Source: Candidatus Obscuribacteraceae bacterium (lineage in GTDB: Bacteria > Cyanobacteriota > Vampirovibrionia > Obscuribacterales > Obscuribacteraceae). Taken from it: a stretch of DNA of 64,000 nucleotides. Location: assembly GCA_044226015.1 (NCBI GenBank), contig JBGAHS010000011.1, positions 128,001 to 192,000 on the forward strand, read 5' to 3'. Of the stretch, positions 39,742-49,250 are shown piece by piece. The translations under genes and the position numbers were made by a program. Within the stretch, counting starts at the first letter, position 1. The number at the start of each line of letters is the position of its first letter. The notes beneath the pieces were generated by a model that saw only the letters and a list, made by a program, of their open reading frames with translations, was not told where the DNA came from and made no database searches.

Positions 39742-41084
39742 CAGCTTTTTGCAGCAGCCAGCAATGATTCTTTGGATATTCTGGCTCTAATAACAGGTGG
39801 TGTTTCTACAGCTTTGTCACTGTATTTGATAGCTTGCAAGAACTTATCCTCTGCAAGTTTGATATGCTCATCACTATCACCATATATAGTGGCAACGACA
39901 TCGCCGCCATTCAATTTGCTACCAATCTTTCCATTTAATACTATGCCAACCGCAAGATTAATGGGGTCGCCCTTCTTCTCGCGACCAGCACCCATCAACT
40001 TGCAAGCCTCTGCCACGGTTTTACCGTTCAGCCCTGCAATCCATTTTTCTCCAGTGCCAGGAACCTTCACTTGATGCTTTAGTTTCGCCTGGGGCATCAA
40101 AGAGTAATCATCAAGCACGGCTGGGTTGCCGCCCTGATTCTTTATCAACTCTGACAATTTCGCAAGCGCCTTTCCAGATTTGATAATCTCCTCTAACTCT
40201 TTTCGAGCAGATTCTTCATTTGCAGACGTCCCGGCCTGCACCATCGCCATAGCACCAAGCCCTAAACAGAGTTCTCTGAAATCTTCAGGTCCCCCGCCTT
40301 TCAGCGTGTCGATAGCCTCGACGACTTCAAGTGTATGACCGACTGCGTGCCCAAGAGGCTGCTCCATATCAGTCACCACGGCAGTAACAGGGCGCTTCAA
40401 TCTGTGCCCTACTTCAACCATGGTCTTTGATAATTCGACTGCCTTTGCTTCAGTGTCCATAAAGGCGCCGCTTCCACACTTCACGTCAAGTATGATCAAA
40501 TTCGCGCCAGCAGCAATCTTCTTGCACATAACAGAAGCAGCAATGAGTGGTATAGACTCAACCGTTCCGGTCACATCTCTCAGTGCATACATCAAACCAT
40601 CAGCAGGAGCCAGGTCTTGAGTTTGCCCGCCAACAGCGGCTCCTATCGCTTTCACTTGCGAAATAAACTTGTCGTTTGAAAGATTGACATTGAACCCAGG
40701 AATAGCTTCAAGCTTATCGAGAGTTCCTCCAGTGTGACCCAAACCACGACCAGAAAGCTTTGCCATCGGAATCCCCGCAGCGGCAAGCATGGGCACAAAC
40801 ACAAGCGTCGTCTTGTCCCCGACGCCCCCGGTGCTATGCTTGTCCCCAACAACTGCTCCAATTTCGGAAAGATCCAACATATCCCCAGAACGAGCCATTG
40901 CGTCGGTCAAGAAGGCTGTCTCGTCCATGGTCATGCCTTGCCAACACACCGCCATAAGCCAGGCTGAAAGTTGATAGTCCCGATAGGTTTCGGGATTCGT
41001 GATACTTTTGATCAAGAAATCAATTTCTTCTTTGCTGTGCTCGCCGCCATAGCGTTTTTTGACAATGAGATCCACCATTCGCAT
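39741..41084 (-). CDS. pdp: Pyrimidine-nucleoside (thymidine) phosphorylase
   Basis: DKHSTGGVGDK, KLSGRGLGHTGGTLDKLEAIPG, YALRDVTGTV, LDVKCGSGAFM; 1-nt overlap with downstream gene. Confidence 0.95.
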   Translation of the reverse strand: MRMVDLIVKKRYGGEHSKEEIDFLIKSITNPETYRDYQLSAWLMAVCWQGMTMDETAFLTDAMARSGDMLDLSEIGAVVGDKHSTGGVGDKTTLVFVPMLAAAGIPMAKLSGRGLGHTGGTLDKLEAIPGFNVNLSNDKFISQVKAIGAAVGGQTQDLAPADGLMYALRDVTGTVESIPLIAASVMCKKIAAGANLIILDVKCGSGAFMDTEAKAVELSKTMVEVGHRLKRPVTAVVTDMEQPLGHAVGHTLEVVEAIDTLKGGGPEDFRELCLGLGAMAMVQAGTSANEESARKELEEIIKSGKALAKLSELIKNQGGNPAVLDDYSLMPQAKLKHQVKVPGTGEKWIAGLNGKTVAEACKLMGAGREKKGDPINLAVGIVLNGKIGSKLNGGDVVATIYGDSDEHIKLAEDKFLQAIKYSDKAVETPPVIRARISKESLLAAAKS

Positions 41085-41368
41085 GGTTCTGTTCCTCGAA
41101 GCTGAAAGTGATGATTTTACTTCAGTTTCGAAAAAAATTCGCTAGTTTCGCAGGTCCCACTTGACAAAAACTTCTGAGATATGATTTATAAATTAGTAAC
41201 GGAGTGAGGCTCTTAAACGCTTACCAAGAAGTCGTATAGCCTCCTCCCTTTTCTTTTTGTTGCTGGCAAAAATCAGCAGAATGCAAAAGCCCCAGCTCGG
41301 CTAGCTATACTATTAGATGTCTAGATAGACGTTTAGATGATCAGCAAGTTGATCTGGAGCCAAGTTCC

Positions 41369-42286
41369 ATGAGTTCACAAGCCTCGTCCGAGCTTCGGAC
41401 AAGAGCAGAGACAGATTCCAATTCAGGGGATAAGCCTGAGTTGGCAGAGAGTTCAGCCACCAGAACTCTGATGGGACAAATTTCGTTCATCAACACCATG
41501 CCAGTGACATTGCCGCTGCTTCAAAAGGCTGTTGATATTGGCTGCAAACTAGTATTCGACACTCCAGCAGCTCTAAACAAGAAGCTCAATGAAAACGAGC
41601 TGAATCTTGGTGCAATGAGTTCATTCTTCTATCTTGAACATGGAGGTTTCGAGCTTTTTGATCGCATTTCCATCTCCGGAACTGGTAAAGTCGGCAGCGT
41701 ACTGCTTTTTTCAAAGGACGAATTAGGGCATCTTTCTAACAAGAAAATACTTGTGCCAGATTCCTCTGCTACATCGATTAAGTTAATGCAAGTCTTGCTT
41801 AAGAGCGAATTTGGGCTAGACGTCGAGCTTATAGAGAACCCATGCCCAGATGAAACAGACGAATTCCTCAGAAAGGACACAGCAATCAGGGCGCAATTAG
41901 TCATTGGAGACAAAGCTCTAAAACTAGATGAACAATTGGGAAATAACAGCCCTTACCTCAGAATCGATCTGGCGCAGTGGTGGTATAAGCAATTCTCTCT
42001 TCCTTTTGTGTTTGGAGTCTGGGGCGCACGCAAAGAATGGGCAGTCGAAAACCAAGGACTCTTCGAAGAGATTGGAAACTCACTAAGAGCAGCTAGAGAT
42101 CTCGGGTTGACGTCGATGCTGAAAGAAGTAATTGATGAATCGTCGAAGCTTACCGGATTTAGCGAAAGCCGCCTCAAGTGCTATTACATTGACGAACTTG
42201 ATTATCGTCTCGATGACGAGCACAAGCAGGCTTTAGCGCTATTCGAAAAACTGTGCAGAGAAAATGGCTTCCTTGCACAAAAATAG
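41369..42286 (+). CDS. mqnA: Chorismate dehydratase (futalosine menaquinone pathway)
   Basis: ISFINTMPV, G.VGSVLLFS, SATSIKL, LVIGDKAL, DLAQWW...LPFVFGVW. Confidence 0.9.
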   Translation: MSSQASSELRTRAETDSNSGDKPELAESSATRTLMGQISFINTMPVTLPLLQKAVDIGCKLVFDTPAALNKKLNENELNLGAMSSFFYLEHGGFELFDRISISGTGKVGSVLLFSKDELGHLSNKKILVPDSSATSIKLMQVLLKSEFGLDVELIENPCPDETDEFLRKDTAIRAQLVIGDKALKLDEQLGNNSPYLRIDLAQWWYKQFSLPFVFGVWGARKEWAVENQGLFEEIGNSLRAARDLGLTSMLKEVIDESSKLTGFSESRLKCYYIDELDYRLDDEHKQALALFEKLCRENGFLAQK

Positions 42287-44516
42287 CCACCGAGCTTCAT
42301 GCTTAGTTATCGCCAGTCTGATTATCATTGGCGTGATACCACCCTCTTACGCAGTGCCAGCACCGGTTTCTGACTACACACCCGAGAAATTGCATTTCAC
42401 GACAGTCGGACGCAAGCATTACGATGCGCCAAATGAACAAGAACAAAGCAATGAAGCTGCAAACATAACACGAGCCAGTGCCGCTCTAAAGCGAAATCCT
42501 GTCCTCAAGAAAATACTCACAGAGGCTGAGATCGCCTTAAGTGCAAATGACCTTATTCGAGCAGAGAAGATCTTTGCAGAAGCTAACAAGCTTTTTCCCA
42601 GAGAAATCGCGCCAACTTTAGGGCAAGCCCGTATCAATTTCATTAAAGGGAATGTTGAAAAGTCAGTTGAAATAATCAAGCAATTGCTGAAGAAAAATCC
42701 GCTCTCAAGTGAAGCTTATTCTATGCTTGGAGACATTTACCTCGGTCAAGACAAGTTTACTGAAGCAAAGCAGGCGCTCAAAAACGCAATCAGCCTAGAG
42801 CAGGGTGACAGTGAAGCACTGCTTCGACTTGCCCAGATAGAACTTAGAGACAAGAATTTCGATACGACTGAGCAGTATTTGCGAAGAGCCCTTGCCGCAG
42901 ATCCGCATAGTATCAAAGCTCGAGTATTACTGGCACGCTTATTGTGGTATCAAAATAAACTCTCAGAGTCAGTGCTGGAATATAACAGCGCACTTGCACA
43001 AGACCCGGAAAATTCAGTATTACTGAGTGAGTTAGCCACAATTTACAGCCTCACCGGCAAAACCATAGATTGTATGGGCAAGCTAAATGATGCTTACAGA
43101 TACGACCCAGAATCGATCGAAATTGAGAAGCAATACATCACCGTTTATGGTGGCAGGCATGATTGGGGAAACGCGCTCGATGCGGCAAAAGCCTGGGTGC
43201 AACTGGAGAAAAATAGCGCAGAAGCTCACGGGGCACTAGCCTGGTCGCTTCTTCTAAATCAAGAGTTTGATGATGCTGCTATCGAAGCAGGAATTGCAAG
43301 CAAGCTGCTGCCTTCTAGCCCAGAAATTCGCAATCTCCAGGGAATTATCAAAATCGAGATGCGACAGGTCGACGATGCAATTGCGCAATTCAAGAAAGCA
43401 ATTGAATTAGAAAAGACCTACCTGCCGTCAAACCTGAACCTGGTCTCGGCTCTCCTGGTAAAGAAGCAGTTTCAAGATGCCTTGGACCACCTGAATCGGC
43501 TGGAATACATATTTCCCGACGACCCAAATGTTCTTGCACTTCATGCTTATGCAGCCTTAAAGTCAGATAAATTTGAGGAAGCGAAGAAGCTTTCAGATCA
43601 TGCGTTGAAACTATCCAACGATCTTCCTTTGGCCCTTATTACACAAGCAACATTGACTCGCAATGCAAACGATTTGCCTCAAGCAGAGAAACTTTTTCTA
43701 GAAATTAAAGCCCGCTGGTCAAATAGCCCGCTGGTTCTGATTGAATTGTGCAAAACATTTTTGCTCGAAGACAAAGGGGCTGAGGCAATCGATATGGCTC
43801 AGCAAGCTCTCCAATTGGCGCCCTCAAACTTAGATGCGAAAGCAGCTTTAGCGCTCGCTTTAATTCATCAGAAGAATTTTGATGGACCCATCTCATTGTT
43901 GAAAGAATGCATAGCCAGAAATCCGAAGGACCTGTCTCTTCGCATCGAATTAGCAAAAGCACAAATAGCGACTGGAGAAGCCGACTTCGCAGAAATGACA
44001 CTGGATAAAGCAAAAACGGTCTTCCCAGATAGTGCAGAACCGCTCTTAGGATTGGCCGAAGTTTCACTAAGATTGAACAATGTACGACAAGCAAGAGAAT
44101 ATCTTGAGGAAGCATTAACAAAAGATCCACATAATCACAAAGCGATTGTTGAGCTGGCTAGCTTAAAACTTGACGCTGGTAAAGCAGCAGACTGCCTTGC
44201 ACAGCTCACAGGGCTTAGCGATGATGAATTGGGTAATTCTGGACTCTTGCTAAAGGCGAGAGCCGAATTGGCGACCCAAGAGATTCAATTAGCGCGTACC
44301 GACTTCAACAAGGTCAAGAATCAAAACGCATTATCAACATTCGACCGCATTCAACTTGGGAACATACTGTGGCGCCTTGGAGAAATTGAGGAAGCAAAAC
44401 AATGCATTTCAATTATCGACATCGGTGAGATTGACAAAAATCCCAGAGCGAAGAGGGAACTAACAAAACTACAAAATGAGTTAAAGCAAGACAAAGTCAA
44501 GAACAAGAAAAGATAA
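42264..44516 (+). CDS. Exported multi-TPR protein
   Basis: Signal peptide; many TPR repeats (AL..DP.., ALQLAP..). Confidence 0.85.
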   Translation: MASLHKNSHRASCLVIASLIIIGVIPPSYAVPAPVSDYTPEKLHFTTVGRKHYDAPNEQEQSNEAANITRASAALKRNPVLKKILTEAEIALSANDLIRAEKIFAEANKLFPREIAPTLGQARINFIKGNVEKSVEIIKQLLKKNPLSSEAYSMLGDIYLGQDKFTEAKQALKNAISLEQGDSEALLRLAQIELRDKNFDTTEQYLRRALAADPHSIKARVLLARLLWYQNKLSESVLEYNSALAQDPENSVLLSELATIYSLTGKTIDCMGKLNDAYRYDPESIEIEKQYITVYGGRHDWGNALDAAKAWVQLEKNSAEAHGALAWSLLLNQEFDDAAIEAGIASKLLPSSPEIRNLQGIIKIEMRQVDDAIAQFKKAIELEKTYLPSNLNLVSALLVKKQFQDALDHLNRLEYIFPDDPNVLALHAYAALKSDKFEEAKKLSDHALKLSNDLPLALITQATLTRNANDLPQAEKLFLEIKARWSNSPLVLIELCKTFLLEDKGAEAIDMAQQALQLAPSNLDAKAALALALIHQKNFDGPISLLKECIARNPKDLSLRIELAKAQIATGEADFAEMTLDKAKTVFPDSAEPLLGLAEVSLRLNNVRQAREYLEEALTKDPHNHKAIVELASLKLDAGKAADCLAQLTGLSDDELGNSGLLLKARAELATQEIQLARTDFNKVKNQNALSTFDRIQLGNILWRLGEIEEAKQCISIIDIGEIDKNPRAKRELTKLQNELKQDKVKNKKR

Positions 44517-44525
44517 TTTCGCGTT

Positions 44526-45830
44526 ATGCTCTATGGGTCAAAGGTATTGGAAAACGCAATGAGTAAATTTACCCGGCTGCATCTAAATCAAATTATCAGC
44601 CTTTTCATAACCGCCTTTTGCTCAAGTTCTGCAGCTTATGCTGAGGACGTAATCAAGTACGAGCCAAAAGCGCGTGATCCATTCCTTGAAAGAATGATTA
44701 GAGAAGTTGCCGCTCACAAACCAAGCGAAACTGAAATGGCAGAAATCGCAGACTATGTGAGCAAACATGAGACTGATTCAGATGGGCACCTCTTGCTAGC
44801 AGATGCTTACTTCAAACTTGGTATGGACGGTTTGTATGCAGAAGAGCTGGAAAAAGCCTGGAAGCTAAATCCCAAAGCCATGATGTATCTGATTGGAGCA
44901 TTAAAAGCCCGGGCGATCTCAGGAGACACAGAAAATTTCGACCGTCTGGTAGAAGATTGCTTCAAAACATATGCTCATAATGTAAACGACCTGAATACAC
45001 TTGCAACTCTTTTGCAAATGAACAAGCAAGATGCTCTTGCAATCAAATTCTACAAGCGAGCTATGCAATTGGACCCGAGCAACCTGCACATTCTAGAAGA
45101 TTATTGCTCGTCACTGATATCACTGAAGCAGTACTCCGAAGCAATAACGGCTGCACAAAAATTGCACAAGAACCCGCAGTTTGAAGATCACGCTGCACTT
45201 GTTGAAGGACTCGCATACTTCAATTTAAATCAGACAAAGAAAGCAATTCCTCTTCTAAAGAAGGCTTACCTGGCGCATCCTAATAGCCCTTTGCTAGCAC
45301 AGTCGTATTACGCAGCACTGATGACCGATGGACAGATAAAAGAAGCGGTAGTACCAGCTTTGATGGCATTGGCGTTTCAACCTTTACTTTCACCAGCAGA
45401 CCTGGACACCGTAAAATCCAATATTCGCCCGGTAATTCGCAAAGCTTCACCGAAAGATATTGAAGAAGGCATAGCTGCGGTTAAGAAGAACATGCAGCAA
45501 GGAAGGGCACTAGCATATTTCTATTTTTCCCTGGGCGATTTGCTCGACAAGGAAAACCGCGTTCGACAAGCAATTGAGTGCTACACCGAAGGTCTAGCGA
45601 TAGACAACACTTTCGGTAGAGCTTACATGAGGTTAGGAACTGACATGGCTTTGATGGGAGCCTCTCCCAGCATAACACGAGTATTCTTTGAGCAAGCGGC
45701 CCTGCGCGCACCCAGTGACCAGCAAGTACTGTCAAAGTACTTCAGAATGAAGGAGCGCTCAAAGGTCTACGATCAGGACATAGCAAATCAGCTCAAGGGA
45801 AGATTTAACCAACTCCGCTTCCAGAATTAA
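44526..45830 (+). CDS. Exported TPR protein (start possibly 44559)
   Basis: Signal-like ITAFCSSSAAYA; TPR motifs AWKLNP, AMQLDPSN. Confidence 0.8.
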   Translation: MLYGSKVLENAMSKFTRLHLNQIISLFITAFCSSSAAYAEDVIKYEPKARDPFLERMIREVAAHKPSETEMAEIADYVSKHETDSDGHLLLADAYFKLGMDGLYAEELEKAWKLNPKAMMYLIGALKARAISGDTENFDRLVEDCFKTYAHNVNDLNTLATLLQMNKQDALAIKFYKRAMQLDPSNLHILEDYCSSLISLKQYSEAITAAQKLHKNPQFEDHAALVEGLAYFNLNQTKKAIPLLKKAYLAHPNSPLLAQSYYAALMTDGQIKEAVVPALMALAFQPLLSPADLDTVKSNIRPVIRKASPKDIEEGIAAVKKNMQQGRALAYFYFSLGDLLDKENRVRQAIECYTEGLAIDNTFGRAYMRLGTDMALMGASPSITRVFFEQAALRAPSDQQVLSKYFRMKERSKVYDQDIANQLKGRFNQLRFQN

Positions 45831-45843
45831 GAATTGAGGTAAC

Positions 45844-46380
45844 GTGAAACAAATTTTGCAAACGAAGCGCCTCATAATCAGAGAAGTCAATCCAGATGAT
45901 ATAGACTATCTGACCGAACTAATGAGCCATGAAAAAGCAATGCGTTACTTTCCAAAACTGTATTCGCGGAAGGAATGCTTGCAGATGATTGAAAAGATGA
46001 TGTTCAATTACAAGGTTCAAGGACATGGAGTCTGGCTACTCGAAGACAAAGAACTAAAGAAGCCTGTAGGAAGACTGGGATTAGTCATGCAGTCTGTTGA
46101 AAGAAAAGCAGAACCAGAAATAGGCTACATACTTCACCCAGACCATTGGCATAAAGGTTATGCCACCGAAGCTGGTGTTGCAGTGCGCAACTACGCATTT
46201 GATCAGCTGAACTACCCTCACGTAATTTCACTAATCAGACCCATTAATTTGCCATCACAAGCGGTGGCTACCCGGTTGGGGATGAAAATTTCACGCAAGG
46301 TGCATTTTTTCAACTATGAACATCTCGTGTTTAAGATTGACCGCGAAAAGTCCCTTGAACTAAAGATTCAAGGCAACTAA
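45844..46380 (+). CDS. GNAT acetyltransferase, RimJ/RimL family
   Basis: LQTKRLIIR, EIGYILHPDHWHKGYATEA, NLPSQAVATRLGM; GAGGT RBS with GTG start. Confidence 0.9.
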   Translation: MKQILQTKRLIIREVNPDDIDYLTELMSHEKAMRYFPKLYSRKECLQMIEKMMFNYKVQGHGVWLLEDKELKKPVGRLGLVMQSVERKAEPEIGYILHPDHWHKGYATEAGVAVRNYAFDQLNYPHVISLIRPINLPSQAVATRLGMKISRKVHFFNYEHLVFKIDREKSLELKIQGN

Positions 46381-46395
46381 ATCACACGAGTTTAG

Positions 46396-46830
46396 CTAAC
46401 TACCAACCAATTCTCTCGTCTTTTCAGAATCATCAGCTTCACTCTCAGACTCTGAATCGATAGCGGTTTCACCAGCTTTGGATGAGCAATTATATTTCTG
46501 CCCGCGGTTGGTTTCCATCAACTCATCTGCATGTTCTCTGGCCCAACGTTCAAACTGATCCAAAACTGGAATCAATGTCTGACCAAGAGAAGAAAGCTCA
46601 TATTCAACCCTCGGTGGCACTTCAGCGTACACAGTGCGCTTAACCAGCCCATCTTCTTCTAATGCTCGAAGTTGATGGGTCAGAACACGTTGAGTCACTC
46701 CCTGAAGTATCCGACGCAGTTCGTTAAAGCGCTTTTTCCCATCTCTCAGCTGATAAAGAATCAGTACCTTCCACTTGTCTGAAACCATGGCTATGGTGTG
46801 CATAATCGGGCAAACGATTTTATGGTTCAT
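46396..46830 (-). CDS. HxlR (DUF24)-family transcriptional regulator
   Basis: CPI...DKWKVLIL...RFNELRR...LTHQLRALEEDGLV.RTVYAEVPPRVEY.L. Confidence 0.92.
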   Translation of the reverse strand: MNHKIVCPIMHTIAMVSDKWKVLILYQLRDGKKRFNELRRILQGVTQRVLTHQLRALEEDGLVKRTVYAEVPPRVEYELSSLGQTLIPVLDQFERWAREHADELMETNRGQKYNCSSKAGETAIDSESESEADDSEKTRELVGS

Positions 46831-47009
46831 ACTTTACGCCCTCCCTGAAATGCCTATTTTTACATTGGTTCTCATTTTGATACTACATCACTTTTCGCAT
46901 ACTACACAACATTATAGTGCCTAGTTGCGATGAGATACTAGCTCATCGTAGGATCAATTCAGAAAAAACACAAGCCCAATAATCATTCAGAAATCAAAGG
47001 AGGTTTGAA

Positions 47010-47426
47010 ATGACTACAGAAACATTGAGTAAAGAATCCGCACTTGCAGTGGCATTTTTTGAAGCGAAGCTTGCTTTTGAGATCGGTCCCGTCGAACTAA
47101 AAATGGGCGCCGACAGAGGCGAAAAATATCAGATTATTGATCTTCGCACACCAGAGCATTTCGCGAAAGGACATGTTCCCGGCGCAATAAACATCAATAT
47201 CGAAGAGCTCGAGTCCTTCGCTAACAAGTTGAACAAAGATGTGACCTCGGTTGTTTATTGCTATGACAAACTCTGCTATCTATCAGCAAAAGCTGCTCTT
47301 TTGCTTGCAAAAAAAGGATACAAAGTTAGAGAGCTAGCAGGCGGCTATGATGGCTACGCTGAGAAAGGATTCCAAACCACGGCTAAGGCTGAGAACTCTT
47401 CGTGTGGAAGCGCCTGCAGCGCATAA
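47010..47426 (+). CDS. Single-domain rhodanese
   Basis: IIDLRTPEHFAKGHVPGAINI, VVYC, LAGGY; AGGAGG RBS. Confidence 0.9.
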   Translation: MTTETLSKESALAVAFFEAKLAFEIGPVELKMGADRGEKYQIIDLRTPEHFAKGHVPGAININIEELESFANKLNKDVTSVVYCYDKLCYLSAKAALLLAKKGYKVRELAGGYDGYAEKGFQTTAKAENSSCGSACSA

Positions 47427-47528
47427 ACACTGTAGACGAATCTGATCACATCAACTGCTGGCTTAGCTTAGGCAAAACGAGATTGATCAACGTTCAGTTA
47501 ATCGATTGATTTGCTGTGCGATAATTTT

Positions 47529-47562
47529 GAGGAAGTGCAAGATTTGCGCTTCCTCTTTGTTT
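47529..47562 (+). terminator. Intrinsic terminator after rhodanese gene
   Basis: GAGGAAGTGCAA-GAT-TTGCGCTTCCTC then TTTGTTT. Confidence 0.6.
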
Positions 47563-47578
47563 ATTGCAGGATAGCAGC

Positions 47579-48559
47579 ATGAGAATTTTGATTGTTGGCG
47601 GCAGCGTTTTCTTGGGAAGGCAGCTTGTCATAGCTGCTCGAAATGCTGGTCATGAACTAACGCTTTTTAACAGAGGAAACAACTCACTGCCCGAGCAAGA
47701 TGCCGTTGAAAAAATAAAAGGTAATAGAAATAATCTTGAACAATTGCAAGGAAGAAGCTGGGATGCAGTCATCGATACCTGCGGAATGAAAGCGGATGAA
47801 GTAGGTTACAGTGCTAAGCAATTGTTAGAATCCTGCAGTAAGTACGTCTTTATCTCAAGTGTTTCAGCCTATGCTGATCTCAGCAAAGAAGCCATAAATG
47901 AGGACGCAGACACAAAACTGACTCCGCGAGATCAGATACAAGACTATGGCTCGGAAAAAGCTTGGAGCGAGAAAGCAGTTCTTGAGCAATTTACTGAACA
48001 ACGCTCGCTCATCATTCGTCCAGGAGTGCTAGTAGGTCGATACGACCCCAAAGACAGGCTCACCTACTGGGTTAGAAGAATATCTCGCGGCGGGCAGGTT
48101 CTGGCCCCTGGTCGACCTGAACGAGAGGTTCAGTTCATAGACATTCGAGACACTGCAGAATGGATAGTTCGCTTGCTCGAAGCGCAGCTATGCGGAACCT
48201 TCAATCTGACAGGACCTTTCTATCCCTACACAATGGACGAACTTCTTCGAACCTGCATAAGAGAAACGAGCTCGAACGCCGAGTTAGCTTGGGCTTCAGA
48301 CGAGCAGCTAGCTGCTGCAAAAGTGGCAGCGTGGACTGAGCTTCCGCTCTGGTTGCCAGATAGCGACCAAGAACACTCAGGACTAATGAAGATAGACTGC
48401 CTCAAGGCGCAGAACACAGGCTTATCTTATCGTGCGGTTCATGAAACAATCGATGACACCTTTGATTGGGACAAAACACGTGAGCCGAATGAACCACTAA
48501 ACGCGGGACTATCGGCAGAAAGAGAGCAAGAGATTCTAAATTTGCTCTCCACTCTTTAG
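47579..48559 (+). CDS. NAD-dependent epimerase/dehydratase (extended SDR)
   Basis: MRILIVGGSVFLG, LFNRG, YVFISSVSAY, YGSEK, IRPG. Confidence 0.9.
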   Translation: MRILIVGGSVFLGRQLVIAARNAGHELTLFNRGNNSLPEQDAVEKIKGNRNNLEQLQGRSWDAVIDTCGMKADEVGYSAKQLLESCSKYVFISSVSAYADLSKEAINEDADTKLTPRDQIQDYGSEKAWSEKAVLEQFTEQRSLIIRPGVLVGRYDPKDRLTYWVRRISRGGQVLAPGRPEREVQFIDIRDTAEWIVRLLEAQLCGTFNLTGPFYPYTMDELLRTCIRETSSNAELAWASDEQLAAAKVAAWTELPLWLPDSDQEHSGLMKIDCLKAQNTGLSYRAVHETIDDTFDWDKTREPNEPLNAGLSAEREQEILNLLSTL

Positions 48560-48801
48560 AGACAGTTTTGGTCCAAACAATAAAGCAATTAGAAAGGTTT
48601 GTTTTATTCTAATAACGGGTCTCAAAGCAATCCCGAGCCGCTAGCATTCATGGGCAAGCCTTGAGGAGCCTGGCTCATAGCGTTTTCGGGGCTTTTTCGC
48701 TGTCGAGAGAGGGAGGGTGTCACAAGCCGCAACACCGTGGGGACAGACTTTAGAGATATGCTAGTATAAAAACTTGGATTAATCCTAAGAGGTTCTAAAT
48801 C

Positions 48802-49158
48802 ATGACAGAAGTCACTTCAGCACCAAAGACAGACACAATCGTTTCTTTGACCGAAGAAGCAGCAAGCGAAATCAAAAGACTCTTGGCTGATGAGCCAGAG
48901 AAGAAAGAAGGCTTGAGACTCGAAGTTCGCGGTGGCGGATGCTCAGGCTTCTCGTACGGATTCACATTCGATAATCATCAAGAAGGCGATATCGTAGTTG
49001 AACAGCACGACATCAAAGTAATGGTTGACCAAAAGAGCGCTATTTATTTGAAGGGAACAGTTCTTCATTATGAAGGCGGACTTGAAGGTCGCGGTTTCAC
49101 CATCAAGAACCCACAAGCGAAAGGTTCTTGTGGTTGCGGCAATTCTTTCTCGGTCTAG
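48802..49158 (+). CDS. iscA: A-type Fe-S carrier (IscA/ErpA/HesB)
   Basis: GGGCSGFSY and NP.AKGSCGCGNSF. Confidence 0.93.
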   Translation: MTEVTSAPKTDTIVSLTEEAASEIKRLLADEPEKKEGLRLEVRGGGCSGFSYGFTFDNHQEGDIVVEQHDIKVMVDQKSAIYLKGTVLHYEGGLEGRGFTIKNPQAKGSCGCGNSFSV

Positions 49159-49181
49159 ACACGAGATAACCAGCGCTAATG

Positions 49182-49210
49182 ATGGGCGGTGCTTGCACCG
49201 CCCGTTTTTC
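49182..49210 (+). terminator. Hairpin/terminator between iscA and ygfZ-like gene
   Basis: GGGCGGTGC-TT-GCACCGCCC followed by GTTTTT. Confidence 0.65.
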
Positions 49211-49250
49211 TAGGAATCAAAATAAAAGGACGGAACTAAGGCGAACTGAG

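Noticed and set aside
41314..41337. MetJ boxes before mqnA
   Set aside because: AGATGTCT and AGACGTTT resemble Met boxes but have 12-bp rather than 8-bp periodicity, and MetJ is not expected outside Gammaproteobacteria.
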